From the IMG/VR virus record IMGVR_UViG_3300042289_000700: a stretch of DNA of 64,000 nt; one strand, 5' to 3'. This document shows, in pieces, positions 37,932-49,000 of the stretch. Each line of letters opens with the position of its first letter. Positions within the stretch are counted from its first letter, which is position 1. The DNA is from an uncultured virus (IMG/VR IMGVR_UViG_3300042289_000700) (Duplodnaviria; Heunggongvirae; Uroviricota; Caudoviricetes). The position numbers and the translations under genes are program-made. The notes beneath the pieces are model-generated. The model did no database searches. It saw only the letters and a program-made list of their open reading frames with translations, and had not been told where the DNA came from.

Positions 37932-38581
37932 AAATGCTTCCGAACGGAATCTGGGTGTTGGAGAATGACACCCACATTTCCAAGTGGGTCGAGGAACACA
38001 ATAGCCTGAAGTGCGATCCATACCTCTTTGAGTGGCTTAAACCCCGCATACAAGACTGCAAGGTAGTATGGGATGTCGGAGCCAATATCGGTGATCACAC
38101 AAGATTCTATCTGGATTTAGGTATGGAGGTGGTGGCATTTGAACCACATCCCGAAGCCTTTCAATGTTTGCGCCACAATTGCGGTGAGGCTATTTGCTAC
38201 AACCTTGCCGCCTCGGATGAGAAACAGGAACTCACAATGGCTCTTGATGACAATGTCGGTGCTTCCCATGTAGTCGAAGGCGGGACTGTGGTGATCTCGG
38301 CATCCACGCTGGATTCAATTGCCACCCACCACAATACTCCAGATTACATTAAAATTGACGTTGAGGGATTTGAGCCACGGGCCCTACGAGGAATGGAGTA
38401 TCTGATGCGAGATCATAAGCCCAAGCTATTCGTGGAACTTAACGATGGAGCATTGAAGCGCAATGGATCAAGCTCCGCTGATCTTAAAAAACAAATAGAA
38501 TCTTACGGATATACTCAGTTTGAAATCTATCCACCGAATTGCAGTTTAACCGATCCGCAGTATGACCTCTTCTTCTTTTAA
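37928..38581 (+). CDS. FkbM-family methyltransferase
   Basis: DVGANIG, VVAFEP, IKIDVEGFE. Confidence 0.9.
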   Translation: MKMLPNGIWVLENDTHISKWVEEHNSLKCDPYLFEWLKPRIQDCKVVWDVGANIGDHTRFYLDLGMEVVAFEPHPEAFQCLRHNCGEAICYNLAASDEKQELTMALDDNVGASHVVEGGTVVISASTLDSIATHHNTPDYIKIDVEGFEPRALRGMEYLMRDHKPKLFVELNDGALKRNGSSSADLKKQIESYGYTQFEIYPPNCSLTDPQYDLFFF

Positions 38582-39263
38582 TCCCCACTACCTAATTCGC
38601 ACCTACGAAAAGGATCGGGATTGGCTGATGTATTGCTTGGCCTCCATTCGCAAGTGGGAACCCGACATCTCAATCACTGCCGTGGCTCCAGTTGGTCACG
38701 ATGTTGGATGTCCCGTGACTCATGTCGAACCAATGAATCCAGATGGGTATGTTGACCAACAATATACCAAGCTCAACGCCGATCTCTATGTGCCGTCTTC
38801 TGCCACCCATGTGATTCATATGGACTCGGATTGCCTAATGATTGGCAGGCTTTCGGGTATGATTGTGGATGGTAAGCCCGTGATGCTTAAAACCCCGTAT
38901 AGTCAGTTGGACGATCAGGCTGTGGTTTGGCAGGGTGTTACCGCCCACTACATTGGGTTTAATCCTGACTACGAATACATGAGGCGGATGCCACTTGTAT
39001 ATCCCATCGGGATATACGCCAAGGTTCGGGACCATCTTGCGGAACGCCATGGCCCTTGGGAGGAGTGGTTCCCTAAGATTGAAGGACGAAAACTAAGTGA
39101 GTTTAATATCCTCGGAGCCTATGCCGAACGTTTCATGGCGGAAGAATTCCATTGGATCGATACAAGTAAGGAAGAATTGCCCCCACTGGTGGCCCGTCAG
39201 GGGTGGAGTTGGGGCGGATTGGATGCGGTTCGGGCGGAGTGGAAGGCCCTCATGGCACAATGA
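38562..39263 (+). CDS. Glycosyltransferase-like protein (DUF6492-like)
   Basis: GYVDQQYTKL, HMDSD (DxD), SEFNILG. Confidence 0.6.
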   Translation: MTSSSFNPHYLIRTYEKDRDWLMYCLASIRKWEPDISITAVAPVGHDVGCPVTHVEPMNPDGYVDQQYTKLNADLYVPSSATHVIHMDSDCLMIGRLSGMIVDGKPVMLKTPYSQLDDQAVVWQGVTAHYIGFNPDYEYMRRMPLVYPIGIYAKVRDHLAERHGPWEEWFPKIEGRKLSEFNILGAYAERFMAEEFHWIDTSKEELPPLVARQGWSWGGLDAVRAEWKALMAQ

Positions 39264-40045
39264 ATCCTGATCTGTCGAGAAGTTCCCCCGTATGCAGGAC
39301 CGAACCCCCAGAGGGTTACAAGTGGGAACTCCCACCATTCAATGTGGCGTTTCAGTTCTGTGCCAAGGACTACACCCAAGCTTTGCGGGTCATCAAGTGG
39401 AGTCGGGATTTGGCCCACCAACCCAACGAACTCCATCTGGTCACAGACGAGGGGTTCATGTGTGATAGCTTGATTGAAATGGCCCGCTCCTCTTGGGGCT
39501 CGGTTGTTGTCCATCGAATCAAACCCTGTAGCTCGGCATGGCCCGCCTGTAACAACCATGCGTTTGCCGAAACCTGCAAACTAATGAAGGGACTGGGCAA
39601 GCCTTGGCTCCTCTGGGAGACCGATATGATCCCCGCTAGGCCAGACTGGCTACAGGTTCTGGAAAACGAGTATATCGAGGCTTCTCGGCCCTTTATGGGG
39701 GTATGGGTGGAGGCTTACGATATCCTCAATGGGGGAGCAGTCTACCCCTCGGACGTTATGGCTTGGTGTCCCCAGTTCTTTGCGGGATCGGCTATAATTC
39801 AGCCCGCCTTTGATTGTGCCATAGCCCCTGATGTAATTTGGTTTACCCATCCCTGCAACCACCTGATGGCTAATGTCTTCTTTACCAGACCCAACGGAAG
39901 ACCCTCTATTGCCATCCCGAATATTCCCAGTTGGAATAAAAGATTGTTCGACTGGACTGTTACCCACCATACCTGCTTGATCCATCGGGACAAGAAGGGT
40001 GAGACAATCGGTTTCCTGCGGGAGAAATTCGGTATTCGCGAATAG
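39260..40045 (+). CDS. Glycosyltransferase-like protein; paralog of 14244-15461
   Basis: WPACNN...WLLWETDMIP...GGAVYP...IHRDKKG. Confidence 0.5.
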   Translation: MNPDLSRSSPVCRTEPPEGYKWELPPFNVAFQFCAKDYTQALRVIKWSRDLAHQPNELHLVTDEGFMCDSLIEMARSSWGSVVVHRIKPCSSAWPACNNHAFAETCKLMKGLGKPWLLWETDMIPARPDWLQVLENEYIEASRPFMGVWVEAYDILNGGAVYPSDVMAWCPQFFAGSAIIQPAFDCAIAPDVIWFTHPCNHLMANVFFTRPNGRPSIAIPNIPSWNKRLFDWTVTHHTCLIHRDKKGETIGFLREKFGIRE

Positions 40046-40048
40046 CAA

Positions 40049-43000
40049 TTAGCGTCCGCTGCGGATAGCCTTGATTTCTTTCTCTTCTTCTTTGCGGGCT
40101 TTGATCATGTCGCGGCGACCCTTGTCCCACATTCTGGCAAAGTCGGCATCGTTGAATCCACCAAGATACAACCAATCACTAATTAGTGCGACATAGAGGA
40201 ACCTCTGTTCTTCGGGTGTGAACCTCTCCATCTCTTCTGGGTTCAGAACCATTTTGGTATTAAGGATGGACTTCTTGGCCTGATCCATGCCGATATCCAA
40301 AATGCCAAGGCTGAAAGCATTGTCGAATGAGCGATAGCGATAGAACGGTGCGCGTTCTTTTGCGTATTCATTAAACGACATGATATCACCGTCATCATCC
40401 AAGACAGATTCGCTTTCGTTTGCTGTGTCTATCATGTATTTGATATAGTTCATTCCGTCAATTGTGTAGCTTTCAACCATCTGCCCGAATCCGCCGACAG
40501 CCATAGTTGAAATTATGTCGCCCTGTAGTTGACGCCACTTCTGTTCAAATTCTTCTTTTTTCTTTTCCTCGTCTGGCTCTTCAACGTCAACCCCGAAAAT
40601 AGAGTAAAGAATCTTAACTCCGCCATAAGTAATTGCAGGAAGGACAAACCTCTTGGCCAATCCAAACATTACGGTTCCGCCGATTGTCGCGCTCAAATCC
40701 TTTACAGCAATAGCCTTTCCTTTCCAGTCGCCAGACTTGGTAAATATTTCCGTAAGATCTGAAGATACCCTAGCCCTAAATTGAACTCCGAAAGAGTTGA
40801 ACGGAACCAGAATGGCCTTTAATAAGTTCTCAGATCCAGTTTTTCCCTTTTGTGCGAACACCGCCATCTTGGTTGGATCGGAAGACCCCTGATAAATGTC
40901 GGTCATGTTCTCGGCATAAGCTGCCGCCCTCTTGTGGCCAGTATCATCGGACTTGATTAGGTTGGCGGCGTCCTCCCAATTTGTAAATCTGATTCCGTTC
41001 TTGGCCAGATATGCTCTATAAAACGTCATCCAAGTAGCGGCGGCAACCGTGAAATCGGAAACTTTTAGCGGAGTCATAAATTTGTCGGCAAATCGTGTGG
41101 CTGCTTCTTTGGCTTTAACCCAATTGCCTTCTGTGTAGTAACGCTCAAGGCGAGACTGCGCTCCCTCCATTTGGTTGATATATTTGTAGCCAGATGAAGC
41201 ATCTCCACGGCGACCAATTGAAAAAAGATCAAGGACGGGGCGGGCATTTTTAATGCTGCGAGGAGCCAAATGTTCGGCCATCAAATCCGCCCTACCAGTA
41301 GCCCCAACAGCAACCGTGACCTGATCTGCTGGCTGTCTGATCAATTGATAGGAGCCAGCCAAGGCGATTCTTGTGCCAATGTCTCGACCAAGGTTGGCTA
41401 TAACATCCACAGCCTTGCCGAAGAATCCTTCGTTAAATGAGCCTCTGCGCTCGCGTGAGCCCATAAGTCTTTCAATACGATCAGCAAAGAAGTCCAAATT
41501 AGCCTTACCTCCAAGTGCCTCTTCCGCCTGTGGAGTTTTAAGGAATGAGTAAATGCGCTGGCGGGCGGGGTTTGTGTAGGCCCTTGTAATCTGATCAGAC
41601 AAAGAATTGTAAGCATTCTTTCTGAGGTTGAGACCGATTTCTTTTGGTGTCCTTCCATCACTACCCATTGGTAGCTGTGTGTAATCAGAACGCTTGATTG
41701 TGTAAGAAGACTGTTTGGGAGATGAGGAAAGATTGTCGTAATACTTCTTTTTTCCTTGTAGCAAATCCAGCGCAGGAGTTGCGTTTGAATAAATAATCGG
41801 AAGATAGTTTGGCGTATTGTAATTGTTTGCTTGGTCGTTGAAATTCTCGTCAGAGACTTTCAGGAAATCTTTGTATTGCGGAAACAGGTCATCTTTGAGC
41901 CACATCAGCGATTCATAGTTAGCTGGGTATTCGCGCTTCAGATTTGAAAGCATTTGATCGACGGTGTCGCCATCAAGTTTCTGAATGAGTTGCTGAATGC
42001 GATCTGCCATTTGTATTTTGTCTTCATCACCAGACTTGCGAAGTTCAACAATATTTTGCTGCATAAGTCCTCTGCGTTGTGCCAAGGAGTCAGCCTCTCC
42101 TTTTGCTGGCACACTCTGGATAAGGTAGGCAACTATGCCCTCGGAAAGAATGCCATCTTGTGCGCGGGCTGCTCCTTTGTATTTCTTGTCCAGTTTATCG
42201 TAGAACTTTGCCATCTTCTCTTGAATCTCTTCAAGGGTTCGGGCTGCTTGTGTAAACCCAAGGTCAAGATCAACCATGCCCATAGCCTCGTAAAATACGG
42301 TCATAGCTTCTTTGCCAAAAGCATTACGGAAAGTGTCGGCAATCGACTGAAGTTCGGAGGCCCAAGACTTCAGTAGCTTCTTGGCCTTACGCGATCCAAG
42401 GGATGGTAGGATATTTGCCCATGCCCTGTTCTTGGTCATTGCTCCCGTGTTCTTGGCAAGGTCGCGGGCGGCTTGCTGTCCTTTGGCTGTGGCTACAAAG
42501 AATTCCGCGCCATTGGTCTGATTGTTATTAAAGATGATGTTATTCCCGATTCGGATATACGCCTGTTTTTCAGCGGAATCCAGAGACTTAACGTCAATGA
42601 CCTTCATGGAATCAATGAGCTTGCGCTGATCGGCTCTGAGTATTGTTGTGTCAACGCCCCTCAAAGCTTCTTTTACACCAGACGATTTTTCATTTAAGAT
42701 CCCTTCGATGGCCTCGCGTTTGGCATAGCTTTCCAATGCATCCATGATGTCTTCGGCGTCCAAGAACCTCTGCAAATCGTTGACGCTAACTCCGTATTTT
42801 TCAGCCAGCTTTTCATTGTCTTCGACATCAAACTCGGCCTTCGCGGAAACAACCTCGTCTTCTGCCGCCGAAAGGTAGCTCTCCATTTCGGCATCGGGCA
42901 CAACCACATAAGCCTCGGATACCACGGGCTTGAAGCTGCGGAGATAGTGGTTTACCACATCGGAAAACTCACGGGGATCGTTTAGAAGGTTGATTCCAAC

Positions 43001-46000
43001 ATTGCCAATAGCCTCCAAAACAAACCGCTGGGGTGCGGCAATAGAATCCCGCTTGGAAAGTTCTTTGGCCCTCTTCTGTGCGGCTTTGGCTTCACGCAAA
43101 TCCGCATCGTAATTTGTGTTAGCCATAACCCTCTCGGCATAGGCCATAAAGTTCTCCATGGACTTCTCGCTAGTCCAGATGACTTTGGCTGCACGTTTGG
43201 CTAGGGCTTGGGCCTGCTTCGCCCGCATAGGCCCGCGCAACTCCAGAGCTTTGATGGCCTCTACTACGGCATCTGCGGTCTCCTGCTGGGCTTTCTTGGC
43301 CTCGCGGGTCTCCCGTGCTTTGAGTCGGATCTGCTCTTTGAGGGCGGTCTTCTCTGGGACTTGGAGGATGACGGGCTTAACTCGGACTCCCGTAGTGGCA
43401 TCAATCACCCTTTGAAGGACAGTTCTTTTATTTTTGGGATCAACATCTTTCGGGATTTCCATGCCCTCTTGAAGTCCCTCCAAGGTTACCCCCGTCTCAG
43501 TTTCAAGGACGGCTTCGGCTATTTGCTGTTGCTTGTCGTATTGCTTGGCAATAGCATCAGCCACCTTCTTGGCATTGGCTGGCGTGAGGTTGGTATACTC
43601 CACCACCATGTCTTGGAGTTGGCGGGTATCTCCGCCCTGATCCATCCAGACAGAGGCTATCTCGCTGATCTTGTAGGTGGGTTTGTTTTCGGGGTTTGGC
43701 TTGCCCTCGGACGCCGTATCCACCTTGGCCATAGACTCCTTCATATTAGAAAGAGTAGATGCTTCGGGGCTTCCCTCGGAGAAGGTGGGGATGGCGTCTT
43801 CTCTGCGGGATTCACGGATAGAGTAGCGGATGTCGGGCGTTGTCTGCTGGAATCTTTCGGAGAGCGGGATGACATTGCCTTGATCGTCGTAGGTTACGGG
43901 GTTGGCGGATTTGATTTGATTTATATTTTTTACAACAGCCCATTGCGAACCATGCGGAAACGTCAGAATTGAAACATCATTTGTGTTTTCTTTTGGCCAC
44001 TGAACCTGAGATCCCTCTAATGTCTTTGTAAGCTCTCTTGCTATACCTTCATCAGCCACTCCGCTTTGTGAAAAAACGTAATATCGTTTTGGTTCATCGT
44101 CTTTTGAATACCTTCTTGAAAGACTTTTCTTTTGCGCCAACCATAGTGGTCTTTTTATTCTTTCTGGTTCTGCTGATTCAGCGCGATACCAAGCGACACC
44201 TTTTAAAGGAGGATAAACTACGCTTCCATAGTCGGTATTATCGGCATTTGTTCCACGAACATCAATTCCATCAAATCCAAGTTCCTGCATTAAATATGTT
44301 GATGGAGTTCTAAATCCATCATTTTGATTCTGATTAAACATGCGTTCAATCCGAATCATAGCTTCGCGAATTTTCTGTTCGCTGTTTCCAGAAATTTGAC
44401 GCCCTATCGCAATGTCTATTAAAGACAAAATTCTACGCCCATCGAATCTTGGTTCTTTAAATTTTAATTTTTGTTTTTTCCTTATTTCTTCATTAAAAAT
44501 CCTTAATCTGTCGTGAAATTCCATTGCCAGTGATTCTGGCTTGGCCATATTTAATCCAGATAAATCTATATTTACAACTGGCCTTCCCTCTCTACCAAAT
44601 CCAACTTCTTTTTTTCCAAGAAAATATGTTCCAGTTCCAAAATGACCAGTTCCCCTTCCGTCCATTCTCTTTAAAATTGTATCTCTAGCTGTTCCAGCAT
44701 CTCCGTAATGGTAAGCCCCAGTGTCTTCAGATGTTATTACAGCCCTAATATTTGAGGGATCATTGGGTTCTATTGCGCCTGCTTGTTTAGCCACCGCATC
44801 CACCATCTTCTGTAATTCTTCCCTGTTGGATTCGGGGTTCTTCGCCAACTCCAAGAACCGCGCATTCTCTTCGGGTGTGACGAAAGCCCGACCCTCTCTA
44901 GCCTCTCCCTGCACATTGATAAATTTGTTGTATGCCTGTTTGAATTCGGCGTTGATCTCGGAGACATTGCGGGCCGCAATGTATTCGGCGGCTCGGCGTG
45001 TCAACTTATAGCCCAGCTTGTTGGCCCATGCCTCAACACGCGCCACAGCCCGTTCAAACCAGCGTCTGCCCCTCCATCCTTCGGCTAGTAGCTCGACGGC
45101 TCTAGCGGCTTCCTCGGCGGTTCTGGCCTTCTCTGCGTAGCCCAACCTAGTGATGGCATCATTGATTTCTTTTCTTTCTTTCGGGGTCAACCCCGCAACC
45201 AAACGATTAAGTGCTCCATCGGCATTGGCACTTTCTGCAATCTCATGGTTTAGGACTCGCTCTATAGCAGCATCGTCTTTTAAGGCTGCGGCGTTTAGCT
45301 CAATGGATACTACCTTCCCGTCTCGGATGATGGTGCGGCCCTCAAAGGAAGCATCGGGCTGATTAACCACCGATACGATCCCACCCCGCCCAAATCCCAA
45401 AGACTCCAGCTTGGTCGCTACTGCTTCTGGCTCCATGCCAGCAGGGCGCGGCATCTCAATCCTCTTATACCTTATATCTTCTTCTGTGGGCTGGAAGCGT
45501 TGGCTGGGAGGGATGATGTTGCCGCGATTGTCGCGAGTAATAGCATCTGCCGATTTAACTTGAGACGGCTTAAATACAACCGTGGCGTAGTCGCCAATAA
45601 TAATTGCTGTCGCCTTATTTCTTTCTCGGAAAATTCTAATCCAATCTTTTGGCTTACCAGAATTTTGCCACTCTTTAACCTGTTCTGGGGTTAATGTTAT
45701 TGGATTGCTTCCTAGATCAGCATACGCATTAATGACTGTGGTTGGATATTCTCCAGAGCTAGGAGTTGCCATCTTCTTGTCAAAGGCCAACCAGATTCCA
45801 GTGAGTTTTTTCCTAAACCTATTGATTACCGAAGCTTCTGTTCCGTGAAAAAGCGGAAGAACTTGGTAGCCACCCCGCCTAGCCGCTTCATCCACAATGC
45901 GCTGTTGAGTTTCGGTGTCGCCGCGATCCACCGCATCCAGATACTCTCTGTCTTGTTGGGTAATTGGAGCGGGTTCCCTGCGGGATTCTCTTACTTCGGG

Positions 46001-49000
46001 GGCGGGGGACGGGGTTCGGCCTCCAGCCAGAAGAAGGTCTCCTTCTGTAGCCAACTCAAATGCTGATCTGGAAACAACGTCCAGCACAGATCCAGCTTTC
46101 ACTTCAATGCCTAGGATTCGGGCGATGGCGTCAATGATCGTTTGCCAGACAGTCTTGCCTCCCTCCATCTCAATCTCGTTGAGGGCTTTTTGGAATTCGG
46201 GGTTGCTCAGTGCTTCGGAAAGGAACTCATCAATATTCCCAAGACCGTATTCAAATCCGTATTCGACAACCGCATCGGGATCGTTGGCAACGGGAGGCTT
46301 TTTATCCATTATCTGCCAAGATAGGCTTCCGTTGGACTGGTCAAATCCTTTACCGCGCAACTTGCGTTTTGATGGGTGGAGTCCAACCTCTTCTTTCGGA
46401 ATTGTTATCTTTTCCAAATCTGACTGCGCGACAACCACATCATATCGATTGCCGTCTTGTCGCTTTACATCAACTTCGGTTATGCCGCTTTCTTTGAGGT
46501 ATTTGAGGACTCTTTTGACGTTCGTCATTCCCTCGACCTCAAACATCCTGCCGCCTTCGCGCTGGGCCTTGGTTGGATTTTGAACTCTGCCAATAACCCC
46601 CTTATAGACAGAACTTCTCCAAATTGTTCCGCCTCTACTTCCACGAAACGGGCCTTCACCCCACAAGGTTTCAGCAGCACCCATCTTTTCCGCTGCCAAG
46701 ACGTATCCGCGAATGATGTCGCGAAGCGGCTTCGGAAGCGTTTTATCAGCGATGGCTTTGTCTAGTGCTTTCTTGTATCGCTTGCCACGCAAGTTGTCGG
46801 ACGATATTTCTTTGGGAAGTTTGTAAACCAGTATTGCATGGATGATCTCATGCAGTGTTATGCGGACATCAGCAGCTTGGTTCGGATGCATCCGTATTGT
46901 TCTGTCCGCTGTTTCGTAGAACGATCTCCCCTTCAACCTTCCCTTATCTCTAGCGGGCGTTGTTCTGGTAAACCTTGTGATGTCTATAGCAAAGTTTATT
47001 TCTGGATTTGTTTTCGCCGCATCCAGAATGGTTTGAGCCAATTGTGCGTATGGGGTGTTGCCTTTCGCTATAACCTCCAATACTTGAATTGCCCTTGAAG
47101 AAGGGCGCCCCTTCTCTGTCAGGGAAAGATTGGCAACGGCTTCGTCCGTATATTTAGTTTTTGTTGTGGGGGGAGTTATGGGTTCTTCTGGCTCAACAGC
47201 AGCTTCCGTTGGCTTCACTTGAGGCACAAGATTCTCCTGTGCTTTCGCCGCATCCTCGTTGATGACCAAGATGTGTTTGACGGGGCCAGCATCGGTATCG
47301 TGCATCATTGCCACCGCATCGTATCCATTCTTGCGTAGCCATTGGGCAAACAGAGAGCCACGCACATCTTCTTTTGTCCTCTCGGAAAGTCCGCGCTGGA
47401 TCAAAGCCGCTCTCGTCCTGTCCATATCGTTGCGGAAGTATTGCCATGTGGGCTGTTTGTCATCGGGGTCTCCGACAATATCCAGTCCGTAGCGATTCAC
47501 TTCATTAGTTACCTCCCTCGGCACATCTTTCCATTTCCAGTTTTCTGGCAGGGTGTAGCCCATCTCTTTGGCGACCAACTCATACATTTTGGCGAAGTCG
47601 GCAGTAGTGCCCATTTCAGTGATGTCGAAAACCTTGCGGGGGCGAATCTTCTTGGAGACTACTTGACCTTCAGTGCGGGGGTCGAAGCCGTGTAGACTCT
47701 GAAACATTTTCATTCCCTCTTCTTCACCGAATCGGTCTTGATAGTCTTTTAGAATTCGGGCATCCCGCTCCAGATATGCCCTAGCATCCTGCTCACTTGT
47801 GCTGTAGTAGGTGAACGGGGCAAGAGCCACATCATCTGGCAGTCCAACCAGTTCGCCAAAATCCCGAATCCCAGCAAGCTGTCTTCCCCCTTCAAGAGCG
47901 GGTAGTTCACCACGATACACTGTTACCTCTTCGCCAACCTCCTGTGGTGCGGGTTTCGGGCGATACACCATAGGAATTCCCATTGTTTTTGTCGGGCCTT
48001 CGGGGTCGCGCTCCCATCCAAGAGTCTTATAGAAGTTAAAGAGTTCCCTTGGCGTCATGTATCCCTGTTCGCGTATCTCTTGAGGAGTGCGATATTGTCT
48101 GTCTGCTGGCGCGGTTAAGGCTTCTCCCTTGAGTGTGACATTGTTTTCATCAGCCCAGCGGAGCATGTTAGTCATTGCTTCGCGCCCGATACCCTGACGG
48201 CGTTCTTCTCGCGGAACCCTGAATGATTCCAAATATAAAGTATTCTCGTCAGACTTGGTGGTATCGATATCAAACCTGACGGGAACACCCCGAACATCCA
48301 TCTCAAATGATTTAAACTCTGGTAGCTCCGCAAGATCTTCGCGTTCTTTTGGTTGAACAATTTGAGATAGTTTCGCCTCTGCTGTAGTTGGCTCTCCAGC
48401 GGCGACCTCTTGCGGAGCGGGCGGCACATAGATATCTCCATCCAGTGTCCAGCCTGCTGGCATACGCACACCTGTTCCTACCTGATCTACCCCGATACGA
48501 AGACCCTTCGCGATGGCTTCGGCTACTACTTCGTTTGCTCCTGTGTCGATCTGGATCTTTCGGGCTTCGGGGTTCAACCTTGGGCGCTCGGCCTCTGGCA
48601 ACGCCTCTAGACCCGCTTGCGTGATCACTGGTTGGCCATTGTATAGCTCGACTAGTCCTTGACCGACCAACCCCGAAACATCCTCTTCTGTTTGTTCTGC
48701 TCTTGCTACTCGGCGTAGAGGTTCAAGATTCGGGGTTTCGGGGGTCGGGGTCACTTCGGGAGCCACCTCGACGGGAGGAGTCACTGCGGGGGCGGCTTCA
48801 AGAGTCGGAGCGGCTTTGGTGTAGTTGATGATGGATGTAGGCTCGTTGGTTACGGGCGCATTGTCTTGTGGGCGAAGTAAGTATTCTCCTGTTTCGGCGT
48901 CCTTGTGAATAAAGTCGGATCGACCAACAATTCTGTCTGCTGGGATTGGCTTGAACGAACGAACATATGAATCGCCCTGAATAAAGTTGAGATCCAGTCC

